From NCBI RefSeq assembly GCF_009914755.1, contig NC_060933.1: 64,000 bases of DNA; one strand, 5' to 3'. The notes beneath the pieces were generated by a model, which saw nothing but the letters and a program-made list of their open reading frames with translations, did no database searches and was not told the origin of the DNA. This stretch comes from the human T2T-CHM13v2.0 reference genome, Homo sapiens. The position numbers and the translations under genes are program-made. Shown in pieces: positions 15,069 through 28,430 of the stretch (position 1 is the first letter of the stretch; the number at the start of each line of letters is the position of its first letter).

Positions 15069-16782
15069 CAGAAACAGACAAGTTGATCCTAAAATTCATA
15101 TTGGATTTCATGGAACCCCATATAGCTAAAACAATCTTGAAAGAAAAGAACAAAGTGAAAGTATTAATATACTTTCTGATTTCAGCACTTACTACACATC
15201 TCTGAATAATTAAAGCTGTGTGGTACTGGAATAACAATATAGACATACGGATTATTGGAATAAGACAAAAAGTCCAGAAATAACCCATACAGCTGGACCC
15301 CTACTTCAGACCATTAAAAAAAATTAACTCAAAATGGATCGAGGACCTAAATAAAAGAGCTAAATATCTAAAACTCTTGAAAGGAAGCATAGGTTTAAAT
15401 CTGTGGTCTTGGATCAGGTAACAGTTTTTTAATTATGACACCAAAAGCACAAGCAAAACAAGAAAAAATAAGTCGAATTTCATCAAAGTTAAAAATTTTG
15501 TGCATAAAAGTACAACATAAAGTGTTTCATTGAATAACAACAACAACCAAAAAACAACCAACAGAAGGGGAGAAAATATTTGCAAATCATGTTTCTGATG
15601 AGGGTCTGGTATCCATAATATATAAAGAACTGTTACAACTTAACAAAAAGAAAGCAACCCAACTAAAAAATGAACAAAGAAGTTGAATAGATATTTCTCT
15701 AGAGAAAATACACAAATGTCTGATAAGCATAGAAAAGCTACACAGCATCATTAGTTATTATAAAAATGCAAATCAAAACCACAATGAAATACCCCTTCAC
15801 ATTTAGTTGATGGCTATAATTTAAAAAAAAATGAAAAATAACGTGTCAGTGTGTATGTGGAGAAATTTTAGTCCTCACATTTTGCTGGTTGGAATGTAAA
15901 ATGGTGCAGCAGCTGTGAAAAACAGTTTGGCAGTTTCTCAAAAAGTTAAACATAGAAGTATCATATGAACCAGCAATTTCATACCTAGGTATATGTCCAA
16001 GATAAATGAAAATATATATTCACACCAAAATTTGGATATGAAAATTCATAGCACATTATTCTTAACAGCTGGAAGGGAGAAACAGCCCAACTATACATCA
16101 ACTGATGGATAAACAAAATGTGGTATATTCATAAAGTGGAATATTATTCAGCCCTGAAAAGGAATGAAGTACTGATGCATGCTACAAAGTGAAAGAAGCC
16201 AGAGAAAAGGTCATATATTATATGATTGTATTTATGCAAGATGTCCAGAATAGGCAAATACATAAAGACAAATAGCAGATTAGTAATTGCCAGGGGCTGG
16301 TTGGAGGGGGGTAATAAGGAGTGACTCCTAAATAGATACAGGGTTTCTCTTTGGTAATAAAAATTTTCTGGAATCAGTGCTGGTAATTACATAACATTGT
16401 GAATATACTAACCACTGAATTGTATACATTATTTTTTTTAGAGAAGGTCTCTCTGTCACCTAGGCTGGAGTGTAATGGTGCCATCTTGGCTTACTGCCAC
16501 CTCCGCCTCCCAAGCTCAAGCAATCCTCTCACCTCAGCCTCACTGGTAGCTTGGACTACAGGTGTGTTACACCACACCCAGCTAATTTTAGTGTTTTCTG
16601 TAGAGATAGGGACTCACATGCTGCCCAGGCTAATCTAGAACTCCTGAGTTAAGCAATCCACCCACCTCGGCCTCCCGAAGTGCTGGGATTACAGCTGTGA
16701 GCAACCATGCCTGGCCAATTGTGCACTTTTAAATGGTCAAATGGTGAGTTTCATGGTTTATGAATTTTATCCCAATAAAAAA
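14750..16782 (+). mobile_element. L1MB-type LINE (3' part of ORF2 plus 3' UTR), interrupted by AluJ
   Basis: CAAAAATCAGTTGTATTTC, AAATGCAAATCAAAACCACAATGA, GGATAAACAAAATGTGGTATAT, terminal CCCAATAAAAAA. Internal T-run expanded to about 30 nt (15039-15068). Confidence 0.9.
16432..16716 (-). mobile_element. AluJ inserted in the L1MB 3' UTR
   Basis: Antisense Alu with J-type CTCAAGCAATCCTCTCACC. Degenerate TSD AATTGTATACATT / AATTGTGCACTTT. Confidence 0.9.
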
Positions 16783-18196
16783 CCTATTATTATTCATGTA
16801 AAAACTAAAGTAGGTGCTATATGGGGAAAGACAAAAATAGGAGGAGAAATAGCACTGTGTGGTTTATCCTCAGCTACGTGCAGATGTGCCTTTTGCATTA
16901 AAACAGTGCTTCAGCTGTATTAAGAGGCTGTTGGTTGCAAGTAGCAAGTAGATGATTCAAACTGCTTCAAACTGTAAGGAAATGTGTATCATCCTATAGT
17001 GTAAGTCTAGAGAGAAATCAAGCCAGAAAAATGGTTATTTCACGGTTAATGGTACCGGAAAATAAAGGTTTTTCATCTCTGATTCACTCTCCAAAACCTT
17101 TTCCTCACTGTGGTCATAAGACCACTGCCAGTGGCAACTAACATATGCTTTCTGATTCATGTTCAGTAGGAGAGAGACAAACATATAACTTACTCTCCAA
17201 CTATGACATATAACTCTTACCCTCAGTTCTGAATGAACAAAATTTGGTTACATACTCATATTCAGAACAAGGTTATTTAAGTCCTACCCTACAGCTGGTT
17301 ATAAAGTGGATACCTGAACATAGACTGACTGGAGAGAGAGGAGACTAGGCACCCAAAGTACCCAACTCTTATCTTAACCTCGGGCACCAGGCTTTCCTCT
17401 TAGGGAAGAAACTCCCTTTGTTTAGGCAAATGCCTTGACCAGCCACTTGGAGATAGTGAATGACAGATACCCTGAAAGCATGGGTTGGTGGGAAACAAGT
17501 AAAGAAGAAAAGTTCATTTGTTGTTCATGTGAAATAAAAGGGAATTTGATGGGAGACAGGTAGAAAGCAGATCAGAAGAAAACAGAATAGGGTGGGAAAG
17601 AAGGCAGTGATTGAGAATTGAGGAGGCTGAAAGATAACTTGGCTAAAATGACTAAAAGCCTTTTTGAAATATGGATATGTAACATTTAATTTTAAATGGT
17701 TAAAGTTCTGGATGTAAATCCCCGTTCCAATGGTATACTCAGCACTCCGCTAATCTTTTGTGGATGGATGTTGTTTCTTTTCATGAAAATTGAGAATAGT
17801 CTGCTTGTATATGTGGGTCAAAAATAAGGATGATTATTTTTTTTGGTCCCTTCAGTCCTTGACTTGTGTTTGAATCTTATGTGGGAGATAGGACACAAGC
17901 AAGAAAAATGGAAAAGACTGGTAGTGTGTTGGGAAGCTCTATGTGCTTTATTTATATGGCAGAACTAAGAGTTCTCTGAGAAAAAATTCAACTCAAGGAC
18001 AGACTCATGCTAATCCAAATAACAGCTTCTATTTGTGAGGGCCACATGTAGAGGGTTTGTGTCTGTTGGGAGTGGGGGTGCCATTGTGACCAAAAAGTTA
18101 TCATAATTATCATTTACTAAGTACCTAATACTATATTTAATTATCATCACAATTATGCATATATGTTCATATATCCATGCGGATATATAAACTTGG

Positions 18197-18198
<2 letters not shown>

Positions 18199-18238
<40 letters not shown>
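18199..18238. repeat. (AC)20 microsatellite
   Basis: Pure AC dinucleotide run read directly. Confidence 0.97.
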
Positions 18239-18242
<4 letters not shown>

Positions 18243-18935
18243 TTCTCCAAGGTTACCCAGTTAGGGAATAGATTGGAACCAACCCAGGTGTATATGATTC
18301 CAAAGAGACACTTGCATTCTAACACCTGTATGATGATGATGTCTGTCTCTTGGATTTGCACTTGCTGGTGAGAGTCAGAACTATCCAAGTATATGTTATA
18401 GATAATAATATGACCCCATTTTAAACCCCAGCCAGTGTGGGCTCTAATATTTTATTAGCTTTAAAAACCCTTTCCCCAACCCATTGAGGAACAAGATCCT
18501 GTTTAAAAGTAATAATAACATCAACCACTTTGCTTAAAAATTGCCACAGTAACAAAAAATGAATAAATAAGTCTTTCTGATGATATCTTGGCTGCTCTAC
18601 TACAGGACTGACCTTCATAACCTACTTTCCTAAGCATCCCGGCCCATCTTCTGCCATGAGCTTGGAAACTCCGCTTAACTATGTCCTTGGAACAGCTCTG
18701 CCCTCTTACCTGGACGTTTTTATCTTCTGTCTGACCATATGGCAGCTGTTTAGCTAGCCTGCTACTGTCTGTCTTCTGCACATGGCCATTAAAGCAATGC
18801 TTTTGCAAAGGGACAGAGTGGAGGTGTTTTTGTTTGTTTGCTTGTTTTTACACTTCCCATCTAGTAAGAGTTCTGGCTATACTGTCTCCTGTATTATGTT
18901 ATTGTATATATAGCTTTGATTATATTACATAAACA

Positions 18936-19693
18936 TATATTATATATACATATAATATGATATATTTTATATATACATATAATATGATATATATTATATA
19001 TACATATAATATGATATATATTATATATACCTATAATATGATATATATTATATATACCTATGATATGATATATATTATATATACCTATGATATGATATAT
19101 ATTATATATACGTATGATATGATATATATTATAGGTACCTGTAATATATATTATAGGTACCTGTAATATATATTATAGGTACCTATAATATAATATATAT
19201 TATATATACATATAATATAATATATATACATATAATATAATATATAATATATATACATATAATATATATTATATATAATATATTATATATATAATATATA
19301 TTATATATTATATGTACATATAATATATAATATATATTATATGTACATATAATATATATTATATATAATATATATTATATATATTATATATAATATATAT
19401 TATATGTACATATAATATATATATAATATATATTATATATAATATATATAATATATATACATGTAATATATATTATATATAATATATATTATATATATAG
19501 AATATATATTATATATAATATATATTATATATATAACATTATATATTATATGTACATATAATATATTATATATAATATATATTATATATACATATTATAT
19601 ATACATATAATATATTATATATACATATAATATAATATATACATATAATATAATATATATTATATATACATATAATATAATATATATTATATA
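18936..19693. repeat. AT-rich minisatellite / degenerate (TA)n array
   Basis: 27-bp units (ATGATATATATTATATATAC[A/C/G]TAT[A/G]AT; gives the MIYIIYTY[N/D] repeat ORF), then 22-bp ATATATTATAGGTACCTGTAAT units, then irregular TATATAATA/TATGTACA units. Confidence 0.95.
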
Positions 19694-19849
19694 GGGATAA
19701 TACTATAAGGGATGTTGACTCATGCATGAGGATTTTTATAAATAAAGGTTCTGCTTGTACCTCAGAAAAGTGTAAAACCCATCTTTCTTCCTCCACTCTA
19801 TAATGCTACAAGGGAAAAAGTAATTTTGAGTTGAAGAAAGAGGAAGAAA

Positions 19850-20076
19850 AACCAGCAATTTCATACCTAGGTATATGTCCAAGATAAATGAAAATATATA
19901 TTCACACCAAAATTTGGATATGAAAATTCATAGCACATTATTCTTAACAGCTGGAAGGGAGAAACAGCCCAACTATACATCAACTGATGGATAAACAAAA
20001 TGTGGTATATTCATAAAGTGGAATATTATTCAGCCCTAAAAAGGAATGAAGTACTGATGCATGCTACAAAGTGAAA
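19850..20076 (+). repeat. 227-bp local direct copy of 15968-16194 (L1MB-derived)
   Basis: Base-by-base identical to 15968-16194 except G16156 / A20038. Offset 3,882 bp. Confidence 0.97.
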
Positions 20077-20197
20077 AACGATGTGTGTTTTAAAGTAGAT
20101 ACAGAGACCTGAGGCTCACAATAAGTATATCATAGTTATTCATAATCTCTCTCATTCAGCAAACATTAGTTAGGCACCTGCTGTGGTAATAATAATA

Positions 20198-20410
20198 AAT
20201 TATTTATTGTCTCTACTATGCTACAGACACTTTGCATTTGCTACTTCTAATCCTCAGAACAACTCTATAAAGCATATATTATTTCTATTTTATAGATTAA
20301 GAAACTGAGGCTCAAATAATTTAATGTATTTTATATAGCACAATTAACAAGAAGCCGAGGCCAGATTTGAACTGCAATCTGAATGACTCCAGATATAACA
20401 TTCTTTCTAC
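20198..20410 (-). mobile_element. MIR SINE
   Basis: TAATCCTCAGAACAACTCTAT...ATTTTATAGATTAAGAAACTGAGGCTCA...GATTTGAACTGCAATCTGAATGACTCCAG. Confidence 0.8.
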
Positions 20411-21509
20411 CCTACCTAGCAGCCTTTCTTTGTAGCAAGCATTATGTGAGATAAGTCACAAAGATGAACACTCCCTGGAAGCACATATTAGCTGATGGGT
20501 AAGGTAGACCATGGAAACCTCTGTTAGGTTGAATGGTGTAAGTGCTGTGGAGAAAAGCCCAAAAAAGAGCATATACGAGAATCTGAGGTTGGGGGCAGAG
20601 CTGGTGGAGATTAGTTAACAAAAAAAAATCTTAGGCAAGACCAGGACAGGATGCTTTTGGCAGAAAGGGAAACAGAATTTGCTCAGTTTTCTTCCTTGTT
20701 AATTTAGTTTCTTTCTTCATAGCATGTCAGAAGGTCAGCTGAAAACGTACAGCTTGTGCCTTTACTCCTTTCCCTCTCTGGAGGGATGACCCAAACAAAC
20801 TAGTGGAAGTGTTAGTTGGAAATATTATACAAGATAAATTTCTTTTCTACTCTTAACCCTTAACTTTTTGTTTTTAATTGTAATCCTGCCCTTCGGAATC
20901 TGCCAAATGCAATCCGCAGCACAGGGAATGAACTAGTAAGGGTCTCAAAGATATACACAGACATACTCAGGAGGGCATTTTCAAGCAAGGGCTATTTCCC
21001 TTTGGCCAGTCTCAGAGGTGAAGAATGTTTGAGAGTGGCAGCCTGATCAGAGCTAAGGCAGGAGGTGGTAAAACACAAGCAAATCCTTCTGTGATCACAT
21101 CCTTCAGTGTTTGATTCTAATGTGTAGTCAGAACTTCACAAACTAGATGCCGTCCTTTGGTGGGCTGGAAGCAAGCACGTGGATTAAAACTATAAAATGT
21201 CCTTTGCTCCACCAGAGTGGCTGTGAGTCATCCCTACCTTGAGGATTTCACCTGAGAGTCTTTCTTACGAGTTAAGGAAAAATTCAGGATGATTGAAGCT
21301 GGCTATCTTTGGACATGGTTTCTCTTGAGAGTACTTCTGATATTGACTTGTCAATGACTTGCTATGTAACCCTGGATAAGTCAATTACTTTCTCCATACC
21401 TCTCCATATAATAGGAAATAATCATTTTTCTCCTAATAAATAATAATACAAATAGTTTATATTACATATTTTCAATGTAATTTTTTTAGTTTTAAACATA
21501 AATTTTGTT

Positions 21510-21705
21510 AATTGAATAGGCATTTACAGTATGCTGGGCACTGCACTGAACATATTGCTCACATAATTATTCGACAAATCTTCATAAGTTCTCTATGAGG
21601 GTATTATTATTACTGTATCTGTTTTGCAGATGAGAAATTTGAAGCTTAGACTATTTAGGTAACTTGCCACAAATTGCCCTGGTTGTAAGTGGTTGAGTTA
21701 GGGTC
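21510..21705 (-). mobile_element. MIR SINE
   Basis: TATGCTGGGCACTG...TTTTGCAGATGAGAAATTTGAAGCTTAGA...GGTAACTTGCC. Confidence 0.75.
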
Positions 21706-23376
21706 ACTTTATCTACATTTATAGCTCCTGTTCACATTATAAATTATTGCGATCCTGTGAATAACAATATAAGCCTCTCACTAGATTGCAAACTAGTCAT
21801 CTTTGTATCTCCTGAAGTATCTTGAAAAATACTGGCACTTAGTAGGAACTCAGTAAGTTTTATTTTATAATTCATAAACATGAATGGAAGAATAGATAAA
21901 AAAGTTATTGCCATCATTATCATTATCTGGTTGCTAACAATAGGAGAAGCCAGATTTCCTAGCAACTGTGATGAATTATATATTGTGATATATAGACCTA
22001 GAGAATGTTGATTAATTATGTCACATTATTTCCCCCAAAACAAAGACAAAAAGCTTAGTGAAAGTCTACGGGGAAAGATAATAGCAGCATCACACTCCAA
22101 AAAGATGTTACTGAATTTGCAACAGAGCAGTTCCAACATATCTTAATATTTTAAAACTTGGTCAAATTAATTAAAACAATGAATCCTGTACCCAAATAGC
22201 ATAAATGATAATTTCACAATATAACATCTTTCTACATTTTATAGTTGACAATAGGAATTAGTGATATGAAAGGCATACATATTTGTTTTTATGCCTATTG
22301 TTAGTTCTGAAATTTATGCCATGACATTAAATTCTGGATATTACTTATAAACCAAACTTCAAGTGTATTTTAAGGAAAAGAATTATCCAAAGCTTAGAGA
22401 AATTAGAAGAAGTACACACATACACAAACACATGTGAAAGTTAGTGGCTTGTATGTGTGTGCAAATGTATGTGTGTGTGTGCAAGAGTGTGTGTGTAATA
22501 TATATATTTCATATATATGAAATAAATCATATTGAATATTTTTAAAAATCATAAAGCTCTTGCCTGGATCCAATCTAGGGAGTTCAATGGGAGGTAAAGA
22601 GGCAGAACAGCATAACTTTCATATTTAAAGTATTACAAAAATGTGCTTTGAATGAGTAAGTAAACCATCTGCACACCTGAGGATTTCTCTGAGTCCACAT
22701 GTTCACTATACATGTATATATCTGTCTGTTCATTAAAGTGTCACGAGAAAAATGAGTAGTCAGGGTTTGTCAAAATTTAGAGGGGTATTTGGGGTGATAA
22801 AAGTTAAAATGAAGACTATGTGGCCTATGAAAAAAAATTTTGAAAATTATGGGGGTCACCTCTAAACAGACAGTCATCATCTTCTATAGGTGGCTGACAC
22901 TGAGATGGCCCAAAAGTAGTAAGACATCATGCAAAATCACAAGAGTAAACATTTTAGTGGAAGCTGATTCTCACATGGGCAGCTCTGTATGGTGAGTTCC
23001 AAGTAGTAGAGCAAGTGGCAGAAGAGATTTATTTATTTATTTATTGAGAGCTATGTGTTCTCCTAAGCTTTGATTAGTAGTCCAAGCAGTTTTGAATAAA
23101 TTATTACTGCTGCTCTAACAGGCTTTACTTTAAAAAAAAGATTAAAAAGAATTATTCAATAGGCACAATTTAGAATCCGGAGGTTAAATCAACTCGTCAT
23201 CCACTTTGGAATCATTTTACTACTTATTTTATCTCTTCTTTTTGGTTGTGTGAATAAAACTTGCCTATCAACCCAGGAAAGTAGTGACTGCTTTTCACTC
23301 TGTCAGCACTGGTGTTAGACCTCTTCCAAAATGGCAAATTACTCTTATGCACCATAACCCAGCTTCTTGGAGTCCG

Positions 23377-23428
23377 CCAATGACTCAGATAAGCCCTAGC
23401 TTCTGAGTCAGCCAATCAGCAACAGCTG
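23377..23428. promoter_or_regulatory. Candidate cis-regulatory motif cluster (2x AP-1, 2x CCAAT, GATA, E-box)
   Basis: CCAAT 23377-81, TGACTCA 23381-87, AGATAA 23387-92, TGAGTCA 23404-10, AGCCAATCAG 23410-19, CAGCTG 23423-28. Function is inferred from motifs only. Confidence 0.45.
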
Positions 23429-24009
23429 CACTCCAGAGCCCAGGCTTCCAGGCTAAAGGCCAACAGATGAGTGTCTATGGAGACTCTTCTGAAAGCCCAC
23501 CAGTCTTGAATTCCATGCTTCTCATTACCCTATATTTGATCAGAAGTTTGCTTTGAAAAACTGTGTCCTACAAACAGGGTCCTGCTATTCTTAGCAAGCA
23601 ACAAGTTCAGCTTCTGGTTTCAGATATTGTAGTGTGGGCCTCTTCCTTCATTCATGGAGAGCAAATGATATTCCTAATAAGGAGATTTAAGAAATGGCGC
23701 GATCTTCTCCTCGTATCCACAAAAATCTGGTTCTGGCAGGAGACCTGCCTTAACATTAAACTAATCCTAGATCATAGGAGGTGCATCTTAATTTACTATC
23801 TACTAGTTTATATTCCTCATCTGTTTCCCAAAACAAGATGCATGTACTACTTGTGGTTTGGGAGATTGTTTTGCTGGTACATAGATGGACTTAAAAATGT
23901 GTGTGTGTGTGTGTATTCTTTAACATGGTATTTGAAAAATGTAAAACTAGCATATCAAATCAGTGATTTCAGGAACATTATTGCTTAAACCAAAGCTAAC
24001 ATAGGATGT

Positions 24010-24350
24010 TGCTATGGTTTGAATGCTTTTGTCTCTCCAAAATTTACACATTGAATTCTAATCACTAAGGTAATGATATTAAAGATAGGGCCTTTGGAAA
24101 GTGATTAGGTCATGAGGGCTCATCCTCAGGAATGGGGTCATAAAAGAGACCCCAGAGAGATAGCTAGCCCCTTCCACCTTGTGAAGATGTAGCCAGGAGT
24201 CACCATCTATGAACTAAAAAGAAGGAGCTCTCATCAGACACTGAATCTGTTGGTGATCTTGGACTTTGTAGAGTCTAGAACCATAATCAATAAATTTCTG
24301 TTGTTTATAAGCCGCTCAGTTTATGGTATTTTGTTACAGCAGCCTAGCAC
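24010..24350 (+). mobile_element. MLT1A-type MaLR solo LTR
   Basis: TGCTATGGTTTGAATG...GTGATTAGGTCATGAGGG...AATAAATTTCTGTTGTTTATAAGCC...TTTTGTTACAGCAGCC. Confidence 0.88.
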
Positions 24351-26986
24351 ATAGAAAATGCTCAGGAAATATTTGTCAACTGAATGGGTAAATTTCCAGA
24401 TAAGCCTTAGAATAATCAAGGGCAATCATACCATAAATGACTGTCATATGAGATAGATAGCGATGGCTGCAAGAAGCGAAGATAAATATCCTGCACAGTA
24501 TAATGTCTTTCCAGAAGTCTTTCTTGAGAATCCATGTCTAGAATGCATTCATTCGGAGATCTCTTTGAAAATGCTTAGCATTTCTCTTCCTTATTCATTT
24601 GAAATTTAAGCATATTCTCTTTTAAATTAGCAGAAGAAACTCACAATTTTTTGGATTTCAGTTCACAAAACAACTTTACATATATCAATGATTAGATTGT
24701 TTAAGCAACTTGATGAGATAGGCAAAACATGCCTTCCTGTTCTGCTATGAAAAAACTAGGTCTCATGGAGTTTAAATAACTTGCTCACTTTGAAAAAAAA
24801 ATTGTTAATCCCTTTCCCTGTGCAAGGCTCAAGAGGCTGAAGGGTAGAAATTCTGCAGAAAGCTCATTAGGCTTAAGGTCTTTCATTTTGCAGAGTGGTT
24901 AGGTGTTGACTATCTCTAAGTCCTTGAATTACTTTGTGACTGGTATGGCCATAGTTATTCTGATAATATGTAAAAACTAAGATCAAAATTTTTAATTCTA
25001 TAGAGCTGCTACAAATGAAGAGAAAAGGCTCTGTGTTTTGGGAAAGCAGCTTAAATAGTTATGAAACCAATATATTAATACTTTATGTAGATAATACTTT
25101 TCCATCTATTCATATTTTGTTTGAGTTTTGTCTTAGGAATTGTTTAATTTTAACAGATACTTTCTCAGATACCATTCATATGTTTATACTGTTTCTTTCT
25201 TTAATTTGTCAATACAGTGAATTATATTGATAGATTTCTTGATTTGGGACCATGATTACAATCCTGAAACAAATATTTTAGTCAGTGTATCTTTTGACAC
25301 TATCTACATTCCATTTGATTATATCATATCTGTATTTGTTAGTGAGTTTGGTCTGTGGATCTCTTGTATCATAGTATTTTGAACAGGTTTTGGTCTTACA
25401 ATGATTACATTATAAAATGAATTAAGCAACCTATCATCTTTTTTAAGAGCTGTAAAATAGAAGGTAAGCGCTTTAAGGACAAGGGTTTATTTTATTTAAT
25501 GTTGCACCATAGAGCCTAAAACACTGACTTACATTTTTGATACATTTTTGTCCAAGGTAGAAAAGGAGGAAGCAAGGAATGAAGGAACAAAGAACAGGAG
25601 GGTCTGTTTCTTTAAAGTGTGGTGAAAATCAGCCATAATGTTATTCAGTTGCTATTGTTGATAGTTAATATTTAACTTCTGTATTACCTGGTCTGTTCAA
25701 GTTTTCCAGTATTTTATTTAACTTTAGTTACTTTTATTATCCAGTTCCTTTAGAATTTTAAATTTGTTGCCATGGAGTTACATATAATCTCTTGTATTCC
25801 TTGAATTTTTTCTGATTCTAAATGTGGTTATGTCTCCTTTCTCATCCATAACCTTGTGGGTTTTTGTGCTCTCCTTTTTTCCCCCTTTAATTTGGATTAT
25901 AAGATGTTTATCTCTTCTTGTGGGCTAGTCAAAGACCGGGCTTTTGAATTTATCTTCTCTACTGTTTGCATTTTGCTTTGTTTTCTAATTCATCACTTTA
26001 AGATTGAATTAAATTAATTCTCTTTTCCTACTTTGCTTTGGTAGATTCTGGTTTTTTTTTTTTTTTTGCATTTTTTAAGATGAATGTAAAACTTTCCTTA
26101 GTTTTATTCTTCTTTTTTAAATGTAAAGGCAATTATGTTTATAGCTTTTGCCATGAATGTTGCTTTTGCTATTTTTTATAAGTGTTAGTATAAAGTGCTT
26201 TTTATTTTTATTGTTTCCAGATAGAATGTAATTTTAGTTTTACTTCCCCTTTAGGCTAAAAATTATATAGAAAAGTGGTTCATAATTTCAAAGAGGATAA
26301 GATTTTACCATTTAAGATTTTTTCTTGTTTTATTATAATATTTTCAGTGTGGCCTTCATGACAGAAAGACATTATTAAAGTATTATTTGTATCCAACCAA
26401 GTATGTGATTGATTTTTATGAATTCTCATTTCATATAACAAAAATATTCTCTATTTCCCAATTTTAAGATTCAACACACCTATTGAATTGATTGACTATA
26501 TTATTAAACTTTTCTGTCTTTATTAATATTTTGTCTACTAGATCTTCCTGCTTCTGAAAAATACAAATTGAAATATGCCACCATCATTTATTTTTTACTT
26601 AGTTATCTTTAAGTTACTAGTAGTTTTTGCTTTATTTACTTAACTTTTGTGTTGTTTGGTATCTACAGGGTTACGAGGGTATTTCTTGCTTCAAAAATTA
26701 TATTTAATATTATGTAATTTCTTTTTTTAATTAAAAATTTTAACTTTAAATTCAACTTAGTCTGATAGTAATGTTGCCCCTCCTGATGTTTTTTTCTTTC
26801 TGCACTAGTCTTTATTATGACAAGTTTACATAAACAGGTTTAAAAGGTAAACCTAAGCCTGCTCTTTAAAGATGTAATATGTGCTGTTTTCTTTCCATGA
26901 ATGGAAACATTTCACAAAGAAAGAACTTTGGAAACAAGAATTGAGAACATGTTATTACAATATGTTTCTTTCTGCATTGATTTTAA

Positions 26987-27123
26987 GCCCGGTAGTGGAG
27001 CATACCCGTAGTCCCAGGTGTGCTAGAGGGGAGGTTGAGGCAGGAAGATTCCTTGGGCTGAGAAGTTCGGGGCCAGCCTGGGTAACCTAGTAAGACTGTC
27101 TCTTAAAAAAATAAAAATTAAAA
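26987..27123 (+). mobile_element. FLAM (free left Alu monomer)
   Basis: Single Alu monomer ...GTAGTCCCAG...GAGGCAGGAAGATT...CCAGCCTGGGTAAC...GTCTCT plus A-rich tail. Confidence 0.8.
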
Positions 27124-28128
27124 TTAAACATTTCAAGTCCTCTTGATTTTTAAAATTATATTTGCCTCGTCTTTGTCCCTTCTTTTCCAAACTTTATTAT
27201 TTCATCTTAAACTGTATTTCTAGTAAATGGTATGTAGCCCAACTTTGATTTTTGCTTCAGTCTAACATTCTCTCTCTTAGCCGGGAGAATTCAGTATTTT
27301 ATGTTTTGTATCATGGTATGCTTGTCTTTATACCTTACTCCTTACTTTGTTTTATTTCTTTTTCTTTTTTCTTAATTTATTTGTATGATTCAGTTATTAG
27401 TTTATTAATTTTCTTTTTCCTTTTTGTTAACTTGGAAGTCCTACTATTATTTCATCTTTCATTAATGGTTATCTTGCTTTTCTTCGTGTTCATAATTGTA
27501 AACATACTTATTTAATATTATATGAAAACGAGAGCATAACTCTTTTTCTACTAAGGTTCTTTATTAGTTTTACTGCTTATCTGCCTTCTCTCAATAAGGC
27601 CAGACCGTTAGCACATTTTCACTTGTTCCACTAGCTTCCCCTCAACCCCATCTGCCCTCCATAGGAGACCTCTGGGATACTTTTATTGTGTTCTTCTTTC
27701 TCCCATCCAAATGCCATCTTCAATAATTTAGTATTTTTAGTTTCTGGCAATTATTAGAATTTTCCTTGCAGTAGGCCTCTTCTATTTAAAAAATTCTTGT
27801 TTATAACCTAGTTTACAAATTCCCAGATTGTATTCAATTGTATTTCCTTTTAAACCTATTACCAAGTTCTTTGTTCACCAGTTTTACCTATTCATCTGTT
27901 TCTCTATCATGAGATTTAGATGTTTTTAATTCTATGGTTTGAGTTCTTTCTTAAGCATTTCCTAAGAGGGGATATGTAAGTGAAGTAATCTCTGCAAATA
28001 GCATTCTTTTAAGCTATTAGTGAATAATATCTTATCACAGATTCAGTCTCTTATTCTAAGGCATCTGTAGATATTGTTCTACCATCTCATAGTTTTGAGA
28101 TTGCAAAACTTAATTACCAATCTCAAAC

Positions 28129-28430
28129 TTTTTTGTTTTGTTTTAGAAACAGGGTCTTGTTCTGTCACCCAGGCTGGAGTGCAGTGATGCTATCATAGCT
28201 TACTGCAACCTCGAACCCCTGGGCTCAAACTATCCTCCAGCATTGGCCTCCTGATTAGATAGGACCACAGGTACATGCCACCATGCCCAGCTAATTTGTA
28301 AACTTTTTATTTTTTTTTTTGTTGTTGGAGCAGGTGTCTTGCTATGTTGCCCAAGCTGGTCTTGAACTTCTGACCTCAAGCGATCCTCTCAAAGTCCTGG
28401 GAGTACAGGTATAAGCCACCATGCCAAGTC
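28129..28430 (-). mobile_element. AluJ
   Basis: Antisense dimeric Alu with J-type features and a short left-arm deletion. Degenerate TSD CCAATCTCAAACTTTT / CCAATCTAACTCTTTT. Confidence 0.9.

Noticed and set aside
18957-19166. Repetitive peptide ORF (MIYIIYTYN)n
   Set aside because: By-product of the 27-bp minisatellite unit.
22505-22524. Perfect 20-bp palindrome TATTTCATATATATGAAATA
   Set aside because: Centred on a (TA)n run within low-complexity sequence; no further support.
23563-23988. 141-aa ORF, the longest in the track
   Set aside because: Non-ATG start, no recognisable domain, includes a (TG)n run; length compatible with chance.
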